From: Octopus sinensis | Taxonomy: Eukaryota | Assembly (NCBI RefSeq): GCF_006345805.1 | Contig: NC_043011.1 | Span: forward strand, 8,680,001 to 8,744,000 | Direction: 5' to 3' | DNA: 64,000 nt | In this document: positions 40,401 to 50,639 of the stretch, one piece after another | How the letters are laid out: each line of letters starts with the position of its first letter | Numbering within the stretch: position 1 is the first letter of the stretch | Notes under the pieces: model-generated | What the model saw: only the letters and a program-made list of their open reading frames with translations | Told to the model about the DNA's origin: nothing | The model's database searches: none | Program-made: the position numbers and the translations under genes

Positions 40401-41420
40401 CTCAGCAGAATTTGAACTCAGAACGTAGACATGGACGAAATACCACTAAACATTTTTCCTTGCGAGCTAACGATTCTAGCAGCTTGCCTATGTAATTAAT
40501 GATGATGATAATACTTTCTCCTATAGCATAAGGCCTGAAATTTGTGGGGAGTGGACTGGTCGATTAAATTGCCCCCATTGCATAACTGGTATTTAATTTA
40601 TTGACCCTGAGTGGATGAAAGGCAAAGTCAACCTCGGCGGAATTTGAATTCAGAACGTAGACACAGACGAAATACTGCTATCCTTATGAGAGCTCAAAAT
40701 CTCTCGTGGAAGCGTCATCCAACCAAAGTGCAAATATATGGGAAACTACCACCTGTGTCATCTCTTGTGAAAGGTAGGAGAGTCCAGTTTGCTGGACATT
40801 GTTGTAGAGCTGAAAAAGAGGTAATTTCTACTCTCCTCCTCTGGAAGCCATCTGCTCGCGATACCAGAGGGCGCACACTCTCCTATCCTGATGTAATCTC
40901 CAGGGATACAGGCACCCAGCAACAGGACCTCCGTAATGCCATGATGGACCGTGAAGTCTGGCGTAACATAGTAAACTCCATTGTCTCGACCACGGTCGAA
41001 CAATGATGAGTGATGATGCATTTTGCCTGACCAGCTAACAATTCTGCCAGCTCATTGCCATAATTAATGATGATGATGATAATAATAATGGCTTTGAATT
41101 TTCACTCAAGTCCATCAGTTTTAGCGAGAGATGTGGGGGTGGGGAACATTGGGGGTTGGTTGATCATATCAAGTTGAAGTATTTGAATTCATTGTAGTAG
41201 TAGTTGTAGTAATAATATTAATAATAACAATAATAATAATAATAATGATGATGCTATATCATGAATTTATCTTGTGTTTTTGTTTTGTATTTTGTTTTAT
41301 TTTTTTATTATCATTTTTGTTTGTTTTGGTCTCTTCTACAGGTACGGAATCCAGTACCACAACACGTCATCACTGCTTATAGATGTAGCTTTGGAAAAAG
41401 AAAGTTCTTTCGCATCATAG
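2524..41420 (+). CDS. NAGS: N-acetylglutamate synthase, vertebrate-like (AAK + NAT domains), 5'-partial, 10 exons: join(2524-2645,5012-5234,13208-13288,14095-14194,21237-21330,23927-24004,24755-24839,27654-27748,29332-29385,41342-41420)
   Basis: Manual splicing gives an open 336-aa frame ending in TAG at 41418-41420. It is collinear with human NAGS as I recall it: [79 protein letters not shown]. All nine introns are GT-AG with matching phases. Confidence 0.96.
2660..3400. repeat. Polypyrimidine/(TTC,TCC,CTT)n low-complexity tract
   Basis: Nearly G-free plus strand directly after exon A; explains the spurious poly-S/L/E ORFs. Confidence 0.9.
3690..3911. mobile_element. piggyBac-like MITE (second copy 26029-26236)
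   Basis: TTAA on both sides (3686-3689, 3912-3915; 26025-26028, 26237-26240); termini CCCTT(T/C)C(G/A)TTACC...GGTAACG(A/G)AAG(G/A)G. Confidence 0.8.
4140..4540 (+). mobile_element. Short copy of the RTE 3'-tail family (others at about 1940-2410 -, 5500-5940 +, 13730-13900 +, 17700-17790 -, 25380-25725 +, 31262-31460 -, 36145-36370 -, 59210-59462 +)
   Basis: Shared block cacccactacactctcggagtggttggcgttaggaagggcatccagctgtagaaac...catgctagcatggaaa..ggacgttaaa(tga)n, identical to the end of the 18985-20917 element. Confidence 0.8.
5012..5234 (+). CDS. NAGS: NAGS exon B ([74 protein letters not shown])
   Basis: ttattccag|T acceptor, CAT|gtaagt donor; matches LQWCLESGSIPILCPIGET...AKALRPTKIIFLNNTGG of NAGS. 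Confidence 0.95.
7518..7572 (-). ncRNA. Hammerhead motif, family B (core variant CCGATGA)
   Basis: Minus strand: GTCT-CCGATGA-A-GGGATATT..AATATTCT-A-GAA-ACAGCTGT-A-AGAC; palindromic stem III, GUA site. Confidence 0.65.
8514..8568 (-). ncRNA. Hammerhead motif, family B, duplicate copy
   Basis: Identical to 7518-7572; lies in the second unit of the 1-kb tandem duplication. Confidence 0.65.
9100..10390. repeat. Compound microsatellite block: (TG)n/(TA)n then (GGT/GAT)n
   Basis: Directly visible; source of the YI/CV and V/M-rich ORFs. Confidence 0.95.
11225..11545 (-). mobile_element. SINE family D (partial copy 32135-32330 +); related-head families at 27135-27365 + and 37862-38190 -
   Basis: Shared gctgagtggactggagcaatgtgaaataaagtgtcttgctcaaggacacaac core with tRNA-like head; tail block shared with 32135-32330. 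Confidence 0.7.
12184..12264 (+). ncRNA. Degenerate hammerhead motif, family D (second truncated copy 12837-12913)
   Basis: GGCT-TCGATGA-A-GCTTTAAGATGC..GCATCTTACAGC-A-GAA-ACACCAGT-A-AGCT; 12-bp stem II with 1 mismatch; core and palindrome mutated. Confidence 0.5.
12537..12670 (-). ncRNA. Hammerhead motif, family C, with long branched stem II
   Basis: Minus strand: CT-CTGATGA-GGCCTATGGTT..(about 85 nt incl. GTCAAT-AT-ATTGAC hairpin)..AACCATAGGCT-GAA-ACAGCTGT-A-AG; 11-bp stem II, intact core; stem I only 2 bp. Confidence 0.65.
13208..13288 (+). CDS. NAGS: NAGS exon C ([27 protein letters not shown])
   Basis: ttcaacag| acceptor, CGG|gtaagt donor, 81 nt, phase 0-0; matches VLSNVNLPADLD. Confidence 0.95.
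14095..14194 (+). CDS. NAGS: NAGS exon D ([34 protein letters not shown])
   Basis: ttcttctggcag| acceptor, G|gtaaga donor; matches LPHHSSAVIT...ELFSNKG (arginine-binding region). Confidence 0.95.
16775..17652 (+). mobile_element. Internally deleted, frameshifted Tc1/mariner transposon, DD37D (maT-type)
   Basis: Remnant reading frames [32 protein letters not shown]...[12 protein letters not shown] (37 residues between the second and third Asp), [15 protein letters not shown]; in-frame stop and indels present. Confidence 0.85.
18871..18933 (-). ncRNA. Hammerhead motif, family E
   Basis: Minus strand: CAC-CTGAAGA-TTGACTGT..ACAGCCAT-GAA-ACGATCGT-A-GTG; palindromic stem III ACGATCGT, GUA site. 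Confidence 0.65.
18985..20917 (+). mobile_element. 5'-truncated RTE LINE: ORF end plus tandem-repeat-expanded 3' UTR plus (GAT)n tail
   Basis: [58 protein letters not shown] (stop 19161-19163), RTE C-terminal signature; ends aaacggacgctaaatgatgatgat. Confidence 0.8.
21237..21330 (+). CDS. NAGS: NAGS exon E ([32 protein letters not shown]), AAK-NAT linker
   Basis: cctttag| acceptor, AA|gtaagt donor; matches GSGTLFK...LDKLDQGRL. Confidence 0.95.
21886..22320 (+). mobile_element. tRNA-derived SINE family B, dimeric form with (ATT)n tail (many copies, e.g. 3460-3685, 33745-34140 -, 37185-41060 -, 49455-50590)
   Basis: ggcggcgagctggcagaaacgttagc...gttctgagttcaaattccgccgaggtcgactttgcctttcatcctttcggggtcgat...aaaggattattatt; internal 25-nt tandem duplication at 22216-22265. 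Confidence 0.9.
22318..23372 (+). mobile_element. Helentron-associated non-autonomous element (HINE/DINE-like)
   Basis: 5' gccttagcgaaggc hairpin, (TTTG)n, tatctcaagaactcctggatggattcagatgaaactttc core, 3' gccttagcagaggtttgcgctctctgagcactctt end. Confidence 0.6.
23927..24004 (+). CDS. NAGS: NAGS exon F ([26 protein letters not shown])
   Basis: tttcgtttcag| acceptor, GA|gtaaat donor; matches SFGKKLRDDY...LHSIYVSEG. Confidence 0.93.
24755..24839 (+). CDS. NAGS: NAGS exon G ([28 protein letters not shown])
   Basis: ctcctttcag| acceptor, CAG|gtctgt donor; PYLDKF catalytic-site motif. Confidence 0.95.
26352..26608 (+). mobile_element. Composite SINE-like element: tRNA-Ser(GCT)-like head (26352-26424), (TAA)n linker, hammerhead-bearing tail
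   Basis: Acceptor stem GGTCAC/GTGACC, A-box TGGTTAAG, anticodon loop CTGCTAA, B-box-like GTTCAATTCC. The tail of about 160 nt recurs at 28015-28166 without the head. Confidence 0.65.
26512..26557 (+). ncRNA. Minimal type-I hammerhead ribozyme motif, family A, copy 1
   Basis: GACAC-CTGATGA-A-GGCTG(gagggtttat)CAGCC-GAA-ACGT-T-GTGTT: 5-bp stem I, intact core, 5-bp stem II, palindromic ACGT stem III, predicted cut after GUU (26552). Confidence 0.75.
27654..27748 (+). CDS. NAGS: NAGS exon H ([32 protein letters not shown])
   Basis: cttattgtag| acceptor, TG|gtgtgt donor; GNAT acetyl-CoA motif Q-GEGTG and FWRSR..NPINPW. Confidence 0.96.
28079..28124 (+). ncRNA. Minimal type-I hammerhead ribozyme motif, family A, copy 2
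   Basis: GACAC-CTGATGA-A-GGCTG(gagggtacat)CAGCC-GAA-ACGT-T-GTGTT; differs from copy 1 only in the stem II loop. Confidence 0.75.
28748..29033 (+). mobile_element. tRNA-Arg-like SINE family C (others 15300-15612 -, 43320-43495 -), nested in a family A copy
   Basis: gtggttagggcagtggactcgcggttgtaggatcgcggtttcgattcccag head; tail cctggtcagtcacagtg; three copies. Confidence 0.8.
29332..29385 (+). CDS. NAGS: NAGS exon I ([18 protein letters not shown])
   Basis: ccttgtttcag| acceptor, TG|gtgagt donor; matches YFKHSDGSFSNKQWIFFW. Confidence 0.95.
30300..30560 (-). mobile_element. Decayed RTE (BovB-like) C-terminal fragment
   Basis: [12 protein letters not shown]...[10 protein letters not shown]...AKQ...GTVNSQ resembles TNEEILQRTG...KRKLRWYGH...AKTILQGTV. 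Confidence 0.45.
35150..35600 (-). mobile_element. Decayed gag-like/LINE ORF1 fragment with zinc-knuckle motifs
   Basis: PCCGCGHKG...[14 protein letters not shown] on the minus strand, in a GC-richer island with stops. Confidence 0.4.
36865..37183 (+). mobile_element. 3' fragment of an R4/Dong-like (RLE) non-LTR retrotransposon in a (TAA)n tract
   Basis: [36 protein letters not shown] resembles the IQK.VL.GTAHILRK C-terminus of RLE elements; TAA repeats on both sides. Confidence 0.7.
38390..39085 (+). mobile_element. Decayed R4/Dong-like LINE fragment (CCHC knuckle + RLE start)
   Basis: [47 protein letters not shown], then [11 protein letters not shown]; frameshifts and stops. Confidence 0.75.
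40681..41017 (+). mobile_element. Young 5'-truncated RTE/RTE-X-like LINE inserted into a SINE
   Basis: Open frame [56 protein letters not shown]...[11 protein letters not shown]...*, (TGA)n tail; splits the SINE consensus gaaatactgcta|(a)gcattttgcc. Confidence 0.75.
41342..41420 (+). CDS. NAGS: NAGS terminal coding exon ([25 protein letters not shown])
   Basis: Long T-rich tract then ctcttctacag|; phase matches exon I; ends SSF plus stop like vertebrate DSF; candidate AATAAA at 41482. Confidence 0.88.
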
Positions 41421-41787
41421 GAGCAAGATAACGGAAACGACAACAACACCAACAAAAACAACAAAGGCAAAAAGGAAAACCAATAAAGAAAAAGAAAAAG
41501 AAACACACACACCACACACATATATATATACACACACACATGCATACATACACCTGCAAAAGAAAAAAAAAACCCAAAAACATAAAGAAAAGGAAGAAAC
41601 AAAGAATGCTTGATACAAAGAAATACTGCATTCTGGGAAATATCTTGGAGTTTTTGTTGTCTTTTTTGTTTATTGTTTTTTCCTTCCTTCTTCCCCTTCC
41701 ATGATGCTCCCACTGTCTGCATTATATAAGCAAAAATATGTTGAGACATATCACACGCATACATGAGTATGTGTGTATGGGTGTGTA

Positions 41788-41818
<31 letters not shown>

Positions 41819-42021
41819 ATGAGGAGAAAAAATTTAAATAAACAACCATAACAAGGAAACTGAATTATGGGAAATAATCTGTGTAGTTTACATATGTATA
41901 TATTAAATATTTATGTATATACATACGCATATATATATATATATGTATTATATATGTATATACATATCCATATAAATATGTTGACATCATCTATCTATAT
42001 ATATGTATCTGCATATATATA

Positions 42022-42060
<39 letters not shown>

Positions 42061-42426
42061 ATATATATATATATGTGTGTGTGTAGGTAAATATTTTAAA
42101 CATGAGAAAAGGTGAGCAAAAAAACAAACAAATATTACAAAAGTGAATTGAATCATGGGAAAATAATATTTCGTATTCCGGAATCTTTTTCTTCTTTATT
42201 TTTTCTTTTTTTTTTTTCCATGGTTCTCTCCTCTACAAGTCACACAAAGCATGCCGCATACACACACACACACACACGACGTCATGTGCACACACACACA
42301 CACACAACACACACACGTCACACACACACACACATCCTGGTTCTTTACTAGGAATGAAAATGTTTTTTTTTGTTTGTTTTTTTTTCAAAAATGAAACAGA
42401 ATGACCAACAACAACAACAACAACAG

Positions 42427-42463
<37 letters not shown>

Positions 42464-42548
42464 CAACAATTGGTAATAATGCTGTGTGAAGGAAAGACAA
42501 TGAATTATGGGATATAATGTGTTTTGGAATGTCGTTTTTGTGGTGAAC

Positions 42549-42585
<37 letters not shown>

Positions 42586-44289
42586 TTAAAATGAGTAAAT
42601 CTATGCGTATCAAGGGTTAATGATGGAAAGAGAGGAGAGAGTAAAGAAACGAGTTATTGATACTCTTTTGTGTTAAACACTCTGTTTGATGTGCGTGTAT
42701 ATATATATATATTATATATATATCATCATCATCATCGTTTAACGTCCGCTTTCCATGCTAGCATGGGTTGGATATATATATATATATATATATACACACT
42801 CACAGATATCAAAAGATGCAGCTATATATATATATATATTATGTATGTATGTGTGTGTACATATATATACACACACATGTATATATACATGTGTGTGTAC
42901 ATACACACACACACACATACAGATATGTACAACACATATGTACACATACATACACACACAGGCACATATATATACACAACCACTCACACATGCATATATA
43001 TACTCACAGACACACACACACACGGATATATTACAACTATGCATGGAAGAATCCTGACCTGGTACAATTAAGAGAGGTTTTTGTTGTTGGATTTGTGAGC
43101 TGGGAGAGCATTCGGATCCTTACACCATGTCCAACATTGGATCAACAAAGCAAACCTTCTCAAAGGAGATGATGGCATCTGAACATTTGCTTTGCTCACA
43201 CATTGGTGGTCACCATGTCATGTGAATATGCATATACCCATATATATGTATGTATGTGTGTGTGTATATATGTATATATATATATAATATATATAATATA
43301 TATATATAAGAAAGAGTGACAGAAAATTGTAGTGAAAGAGTACAGCAGGGATTGCCACCAGCCCCTGCCGGAGCCTCATGGAGCTATGGGTGTTTTTGCT
43401 CAATAAACACTCACAACGCCCGGTCTGGGAATCGAAACCGCAATCCTACGGCCGCAAGTCCGCTGCCCTAACCACTGGGTCATTGCGCCTCCACTATATA
43501 TTATATATATATATACATATACACACACACAACACACACACACATCTAGGCACATATATAGACACATATGCATTCACACATACATGTATACACACACACG
43601 TGTTTCGTATTTTCGGACTGTTATAACACTCACTGTTACGTACGATTGGTTTTACATAAAACCATGTATACAACAGATACCAGCTTTCCCAATATCTGGG
43701 GAAGAGCAACAACAGCTGAGAAAACAACCCTAGGACCATTACGGACTTTTATTGGTAGTGACTAACACTTGTCTCCCCCTGAATCACAGCACAGCGGGGG
43801 GGGGGGGGCACTGAGGTTGCTTGACATAGCGGTTGACAGATTCCAGTTTGTTTTTTTTTGTTTTTGTTCAACTCCGGTGTATAAAATATAAAAAATATAG
43901 CATTAGCTTCTTCCTCGCGACAACACCAACAACATCAACAATGATAATCCTTTCTCTTGTAGACACAGTGTCTGAAATTTGAGGGGAGGGGCACTGGTTG
44001 ATTACATTGACCTCCCACCCCTACCCCCGCCATGGTTCAACTGACACTTATTTCAGTGATGAAGGGTAAAATTGACCTTGGTGGAATTCGAACTCACAAC
44101 ATAAACACAGATGAAACGCTGCCCAGCCGTGTCGTCTGACCATTCTGACCACCTTACAACAACTGACTGACTGACCCTTCCCCTCAAAATTGCTGGCCTT
44201 GTGCATAAATTAGAAACAATTATTATAAATAGTTTTGTTATATAATACCTATATGTATTGTTTTGTATATATATATATATATATATATA

Positions 44290-44453
44290 CACTGTATTTT
44301 AATGTGTGAGGAAACCCCTAATTTTGGGGGATTAAAATTTGGAAAAAAAGATTTTGTAAGAGATTATAATGCTATCCACGTATAATAAACTCCCATATTT
44401 TTTTTAACCTAATTTTCAACAAAAAAGGGTTCCTTACACACGTTGAAATGTGG
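44290..44453. mobile_element. Tc1/pogo-type MITE with TA TSD
   Basis: TA|CACTGTATTTTAATGTGTGAGGAAACCC...GGGTTCCTTACACACGTTGAAATGTGG|TA imperfect TIRs. Confidence 0.55.
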
Positions 44454-45398
44454 TATATGTCTTACTATGCCTCCACAGCCTTTTGTGGGCCCCAAATTTA
44501 GCTGTACTATTTTTACCTTTGTAAATTTGACATGTGAGAGAACTATGTGGTTCCTTCTACCCTTGGTGCCTGCAACAGGGGCTAATTTGTTTATTGGTAA
44601 ATCCGGTGTTCAACATACATGTACATGTGTGTGTATAAAGAGAGACACACTCTCTATATATGTACTTATATATACAGATGTGTATGTATTTATACACATA
44701 CACTAATATACATGTTTGTGTGTGCGTGAGAGAGAGAGTGATGAACTCAAGAAGAGCAGCAGTGGTTTTCAGGAAAATAAAAGTTTCAGTACTCTCTATT
44801 CTTTAGTCAATAATGTGTGTGTGTGTGTGTGTGTGTGGGTGAGAGAGGGAATGAGTTTCTTGGAAAAAAAAAACCTTGTTTACTTGTTTACTGCAGTAAA
44901 TGTACATATGCTATGTATATAGATATGTGTGTATATATATATATATATATAAGAAACTATGAATTCAAAACTCTGAGTTTAATGTATCTCTTGAGGAAAT
45001 AGTTTTATTTTATAGATTTAACATTTTAGCAAACAAACTTTACTTTCATATGTATTATGAATGTATATGATTTTATATATAAATCATCATCATCATCATC
45101 ATCATCATATATATATATATGTATATATATATATGTATATATATGTATGTATGTATGTATATGTATGTATATATATGTATGTATATGTATGTATATGTAT
45201 GTATATATATTTATGTATATGTATGTATATGTATGTATATATATGTATGTATATGTATGTATATATATATCTATATATGTATGTATATATATGTATATGT
45301 ATGTATATATATATATGTATATGTATGTATGTATATATATATATGTATGTATATATAACTGCATATAAACACAATTTATACATATATTCATAAAATAA

Positions 45399-45430
<32 letters not shown>

Positions 45431-45866
45431 GCATATAAGCACAATTTATATGAAGATTCATAAAAATAAAAACATACGCATATTATATATATATATATAT
45501 ATATACACACTATGAATGTATGCATGTTTATATATGTGAATTCATGTGTTTGTAGGTGAATGAATGTGTGTATATAAATATTTGAAAAAAAATATAACCA
45601 TTCATGATTGTCTCCGCATGCCCCATGCCTCCACCAATTTGGTGGTGTGGTGGGGACTAGCAAACCTGTCTCAAATATCATCAACACTCACAAACCATCA
45701 TCATCATCATCATCATTGCTGTTGTCATATTTTTCCCCTTTTTGTCATCTTGTAAACAGCCTCATACACAAGGGATAGAACAACAGCCGAGCTGTTGCCT
45801 GCTTTTCAGTATTATGCATTCATATCTATACAAACATGCACAGCTGACATTATATAAGCAAACATA

Positions 45867-45911
<45 letters not shown>

Positions 45912-46036
45912 CTATATATCTATATATATATATACACGCACACACATATATGTATACATACATATGTGTGTGTGTAAGCATACATATATATATATACACA
46001 GAGGCATAGATATTTATATGCACTCACACACACATA

Positions 46037-46128
<92 letters not shown>

Positions 46129-46230
46129 TGCACATGTATGTATACATACATGTGTGTGTGTGTAAACATATATACACACACACACAGGCATAGATACATA
46201 TATGCACTCACACACACACACTCTCCCTCC

Positions 46231-46280
<50 letters not shown>

Positions 46281-46772
46281 TGTAAGATACAAATACGATG
46301 ATAATTTATTTTCAAGCGCAAAGACCCTTACAATATTTCTGCTCTTCTAAAGTGGTGAGGAGCAAAGCAGAACCGTTAGCAATGCCGAGTGAAAGGCTTA
46401 ACCGTATTTCTTCTGATTCTTTACATTCTGAATTAAATTTCTGCCAAGGTCGACTTTGCCTTTCATCCTTTCAGGGTTGATAGATTAAGTAACAGTTGCG
46501 TGTTGTGTACTGAAGTCAATCTAATTGACTGGCCCCCTCTCCAAAATTTTGGGCCTTGTGCCTAGAGTAGAAATGAATATTTCTGCTGTTCTGATCGCAT
46601 CCCTGCATTCAAAAATAAATTATCATCTTGTTTGTATTAGAAAATAAATTTTTTCAGGGCAAATGTTAATTTGTTCATATTTATATACACATAGTTATAT
46701 GTATATATAAACACAAATAACATAAGTATACATCTGTTTATATACACAAATACATTTCTCCATATATATATG

Positions 46773-46803
<31 letters not shown>

Positions 46804-48422
46804 TATATATATATGGAGAAATGTATCTGGTACAGGATGTCACCATATATGGGTGTAGGACATCACCAACAGTGCAAATAACATGAAATACGTAAACAAA
46901 TGTGTTAAATACATAAACAATGAGAAAAAAATGAAAAACAGGACAAGTAAGCACACACACCCACACACCCCTACATACTACATACATGTATATAAATATA
47001 TATACATGCACTCCCATATAAACATAAGTGTACATCTATGCACTCACACACACACAATTTGCCCCGTGATCTATAATTTGTAGGGAGCAAGTCCCCTAAA
47101 CTGGAGAATTAATTTGTGAAGTTATATTGATTATTAGAATTGACTAGATCTTCATGCATTACTAAGATGTTAATTAAGAGTCTCGAGTATTTATAGAAAG
47201 TTCTGTCTTTGAGAAATTTGGTGTAGTTTGGTAATACAACCTATTAGATTCTAAATAGCCATGTTCTCTTGTAGAATAGTAACTTTTGTTTTAGAATTTG
47301 ATGCATGTTGTTCCAACTCATGCCAGCATTGAAATTAGACATCAAATGTTATAGAATAGAAGAATAACCTACAAAAGAATGAGTTCCATTATTTGAGTGA
47401 ATGGCATGTTCTGGTTACAGAAAAATCAGGATTTGCAATACACCTTGAGAATTGGTCATAGAATGTTGGGCACTGTTAGAAAAACTGATTCTGATGTACA
47501 ATTTTTTGGTTCTTCCTCCTGGTTGTCTTTGAGGATAAATGATAGGCAAGTACTATGGAACAAGTTGTCAGCCGTAGAAGTTAGGATTATAGGTTATAAA
47601 AGAGAAGATTTTATTGCAAAGAGAGGGGGGTTGTGTTCTTTGAGATTTAACTTTTGTCTGGGCTACTTTCTGGAAAATAATATGGGAGAGTTTTAGAACA
47701 GAACAACAACAACAACACAAAAAAGAGAAGAAATGTGATGCTGCCTCTCACACAAGGTAAAACACCCGGTGTTACAGGTTGCAGACTTTTGGTCTCTCTA
47801 TAAATCTCTATCTGGCTGCACACATACATACTTTTATACACACACTAATGAAAGTCAAAAAACCAGTACCAAAGGTTTCATCTTGACTTTATTGTCAAAA
47901 AGTTTTCAACTAGAAATTTTCCAACAGGAAACCGATGGTCCCAGCTTTTTGATTTAAAATCCATTAAAGAATCTACTGTCCGGTGTCAAGCACTTCTTTC
48001 AGTCTATTATTAACATACCATAAGGATTTGTGTGTCTCTTTGTCTTTCTCTGCTGCCAATCTGTCTCAGCTGTTTCTTTACATATTTATCTAAACTTTTG
48101 TTTATTGGTTTATCGTCTGTATCTGTCTCCCTGTTTTTATCTATCTAGTTATCTGTTTGTCTATCTGGTTCATCTATCTAGTTGCATAGCTCACTTCCTG
48201 TCTGTCTATATATATATACATATGCACACATACAGACGTATTCATATTGGAACAGAATCTCAAAAGCTACACAACACACACACACACACACATATAATCT
48301 ATGTTCAGTTAATTGAAGGAAAGAAAATGCAGAGTTAAAAGTTTACCAATTTTTTCATAATAAATAATTATTATCTTTATTTTTTACAGCTATTTCCACT
48401 AGTGACCAATAAGTAAATCTTT

Positions 48423-48520
48423 TTTCTCTGACGAAACTATACTCATAACATATAAATGCAAATTTAAAGCATAAATTTGTAATTTACCTATTGAGCACTA
48501 ATGGAAACAGCTGGAAGAAA
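48423..48520 (+). ncRNA. Decayed hammerhead motif
   Basis: TTTCT-CTGACGA...GAA-ACAGCTGG-A-AGAAA; 5-bp stem I and intact core, but the cleavage triplet is GGA and stem II is degenerate. Confidence 0.4.
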
Positions 48521-48742
48521 TAAAGATTACCAATTTTTTAATAATAAATATTCATCAACTTTTGACTCGCCATTTTGTCCATCAATCAATTGAACATGAA
48601 TTATATGCTTAATATATACCTATTTATTTAAGGAAATTTCATTTCCCAAAATACTGGGTATAGAACAAGTGTTTCCTTGGATGTAACTATCCCTTTATGA
48701 GTTTAAGATACCCTCTAAGCAACTTATATATATACATATATG

Positions 48743-48776
<34 letters not shown>

Positions 48777-50639
48777 TATATAGATGCACACATAAACACA
48801 ACAGACATAATGTCACGCAGACATCTTATACTTAACTTTTTAACTTTTATTTGTGTGCGTATATGTATGTATATGTAAAACCTTTAATAATAATAATTAA
48901 TTAATGATATTTCATCTTGAGAAAAAAAAATGTAAATTATTCTGAAAGTATCATATTTTTTTATAAACTGAAATTAAAATTTTACAGTTTTCTTGGAAAC
49001 TTTTTTTATTTAATTTGTTACATTTTTATTTATTTTGGTTTCTTTTGTAGTTGCTTTTGATGTTTTTTCCCCCATTTTTTTTTTGCTAATTATTTTAAGT
49101 TTGTCTTTGGTTGATTGCCTGGTTATTACACCTGTCACTCATTACCTGTTCTTGTAGGAATAGTTTAATACAGATTTTTTTTTTTACTGCCAGTTATACT
49201 TGAAATATGGATTAGAAGCATTAAGCAATAAAGAGGAGATAACTACTCCAAAATGCATGCAGTCATGAATCTGGGTAGGGGGCGCTCCAGACTGACTTGG
49301 TGTGTGACACCTGTTTGTCTACAGAAAGACTACTGGCCTTTCATGGGTTCAGGTATGTCTTAAGCATATTTGAACTGGTAACAAGTTTGCATATGTGCTT
49401 GATACAAATGAATAAGATCCTGTATTTGGCAATGTAAGAATAATAATAATAATAATCCTTTCTACTATAGGTACAAGGTTTGAAATCTTGCAGGAGGGGC
49501 TATTTGATTACATCAACCCCAAAGGCGGCCAGCTGACAGAAACGTTAGCACGTCGGCAAAATGCGTAACCGTATTTCGTCTGCTGTTGCGTTCTGAGTTC
49601 AAATTCTGCCGAGGTCGACTTTGCCTTTCATCCTTTCGGGGTCGATAAATTAAGTTACAGTTACGCACTGGGGTTGACGTAATTGACTTAATCCATTTGT
49701 CTGTCCTTGTTTGTCCCCTCTGTGTTTAGCCCCTTGTGAGTAGTAAAGAAATAGATTACATCAACCCTAGTGTGTATCTGGTATTTATTTCATTGAACTC
49801 AAAAAAGATGAACAGCAAAGTTGACCTTGGTGGTATTCGAACTCAGGACAAAGAGGGGTAAAATGTCATTTAGCATTTTGTTTGACGTGCCAATGATTGT
49901 GCCAGCTTGCCACTTTAACAACAACAACAACAATAATAATAACTGTTTCAAATTTTGGCACAAAGCCAGCAATTTTAGGGACAAGGCTAATTACATTGGA
50001 CCCAGTGTTTGACAGGTTCTTATATTATTGATCCTGAAAGGCTGAACAGCAAAATTGATTGTGGCGAAATTTGAACTCAGAATGTGAAACGAGAAGGAAT
50101 GCTTCTTAACATTTCATCTGTCTTGTAATTCTGCCTGAAATTTTTGAGGGGAGGGGGACTAGTCAATTACTAGTCAATAACTGGTACTTATTTCATTGAC
50201 CCTGAAAAGATGAGCAGCAAAGTCAACCTTGGTAGCATTTGAACTCAGAATGTAAAGACAGACAAAATATCCGTAAGCGTTTTGTCCAGTGTGCTAACGA
50301 TTCTGCCAACTTGCCACTTTAAAATAATAACAACAACACAAAGAAATTAAAGATAAGGTTAGCAAAGGATATTATGAAAAAGTCAGGCTAATTCTGTTTC
50401 TACTTTAGGTAGGAGGCTAGGAATTTTGGGGGAGCAGTTTAGACAATTGCATGGACCCTCAGTACTTAGCTAGTGCTGTTTTATTGGCCCTTTCACCAGA
50501 GAGATTAAAGGCTGGGAGTTCAACTCACAATGTAAAGAGCTGAAATGTTTTAAGGGATTTTGTCCAACTCACCTACAATTCTGCCAATCCGCCACTTTTG
50601 AGTTAAGCTAATATTATATACAACGGAATCCTAAAAATA

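Noticed and set aside
47100-47700. Possible decayed Penelope ORF (PGGRTKKLYIRISF) on the minus strand
   Set aside because: Many stops and only weak motif resemblance; it needs a profile search.
48655-48720. Minus-strand CTCATAA-AGGGAT..ATCC..GAAACACTTGTT hammerhead-like motif
   Set aside because: Two core substitutions and no stem I; at best a dead relic.
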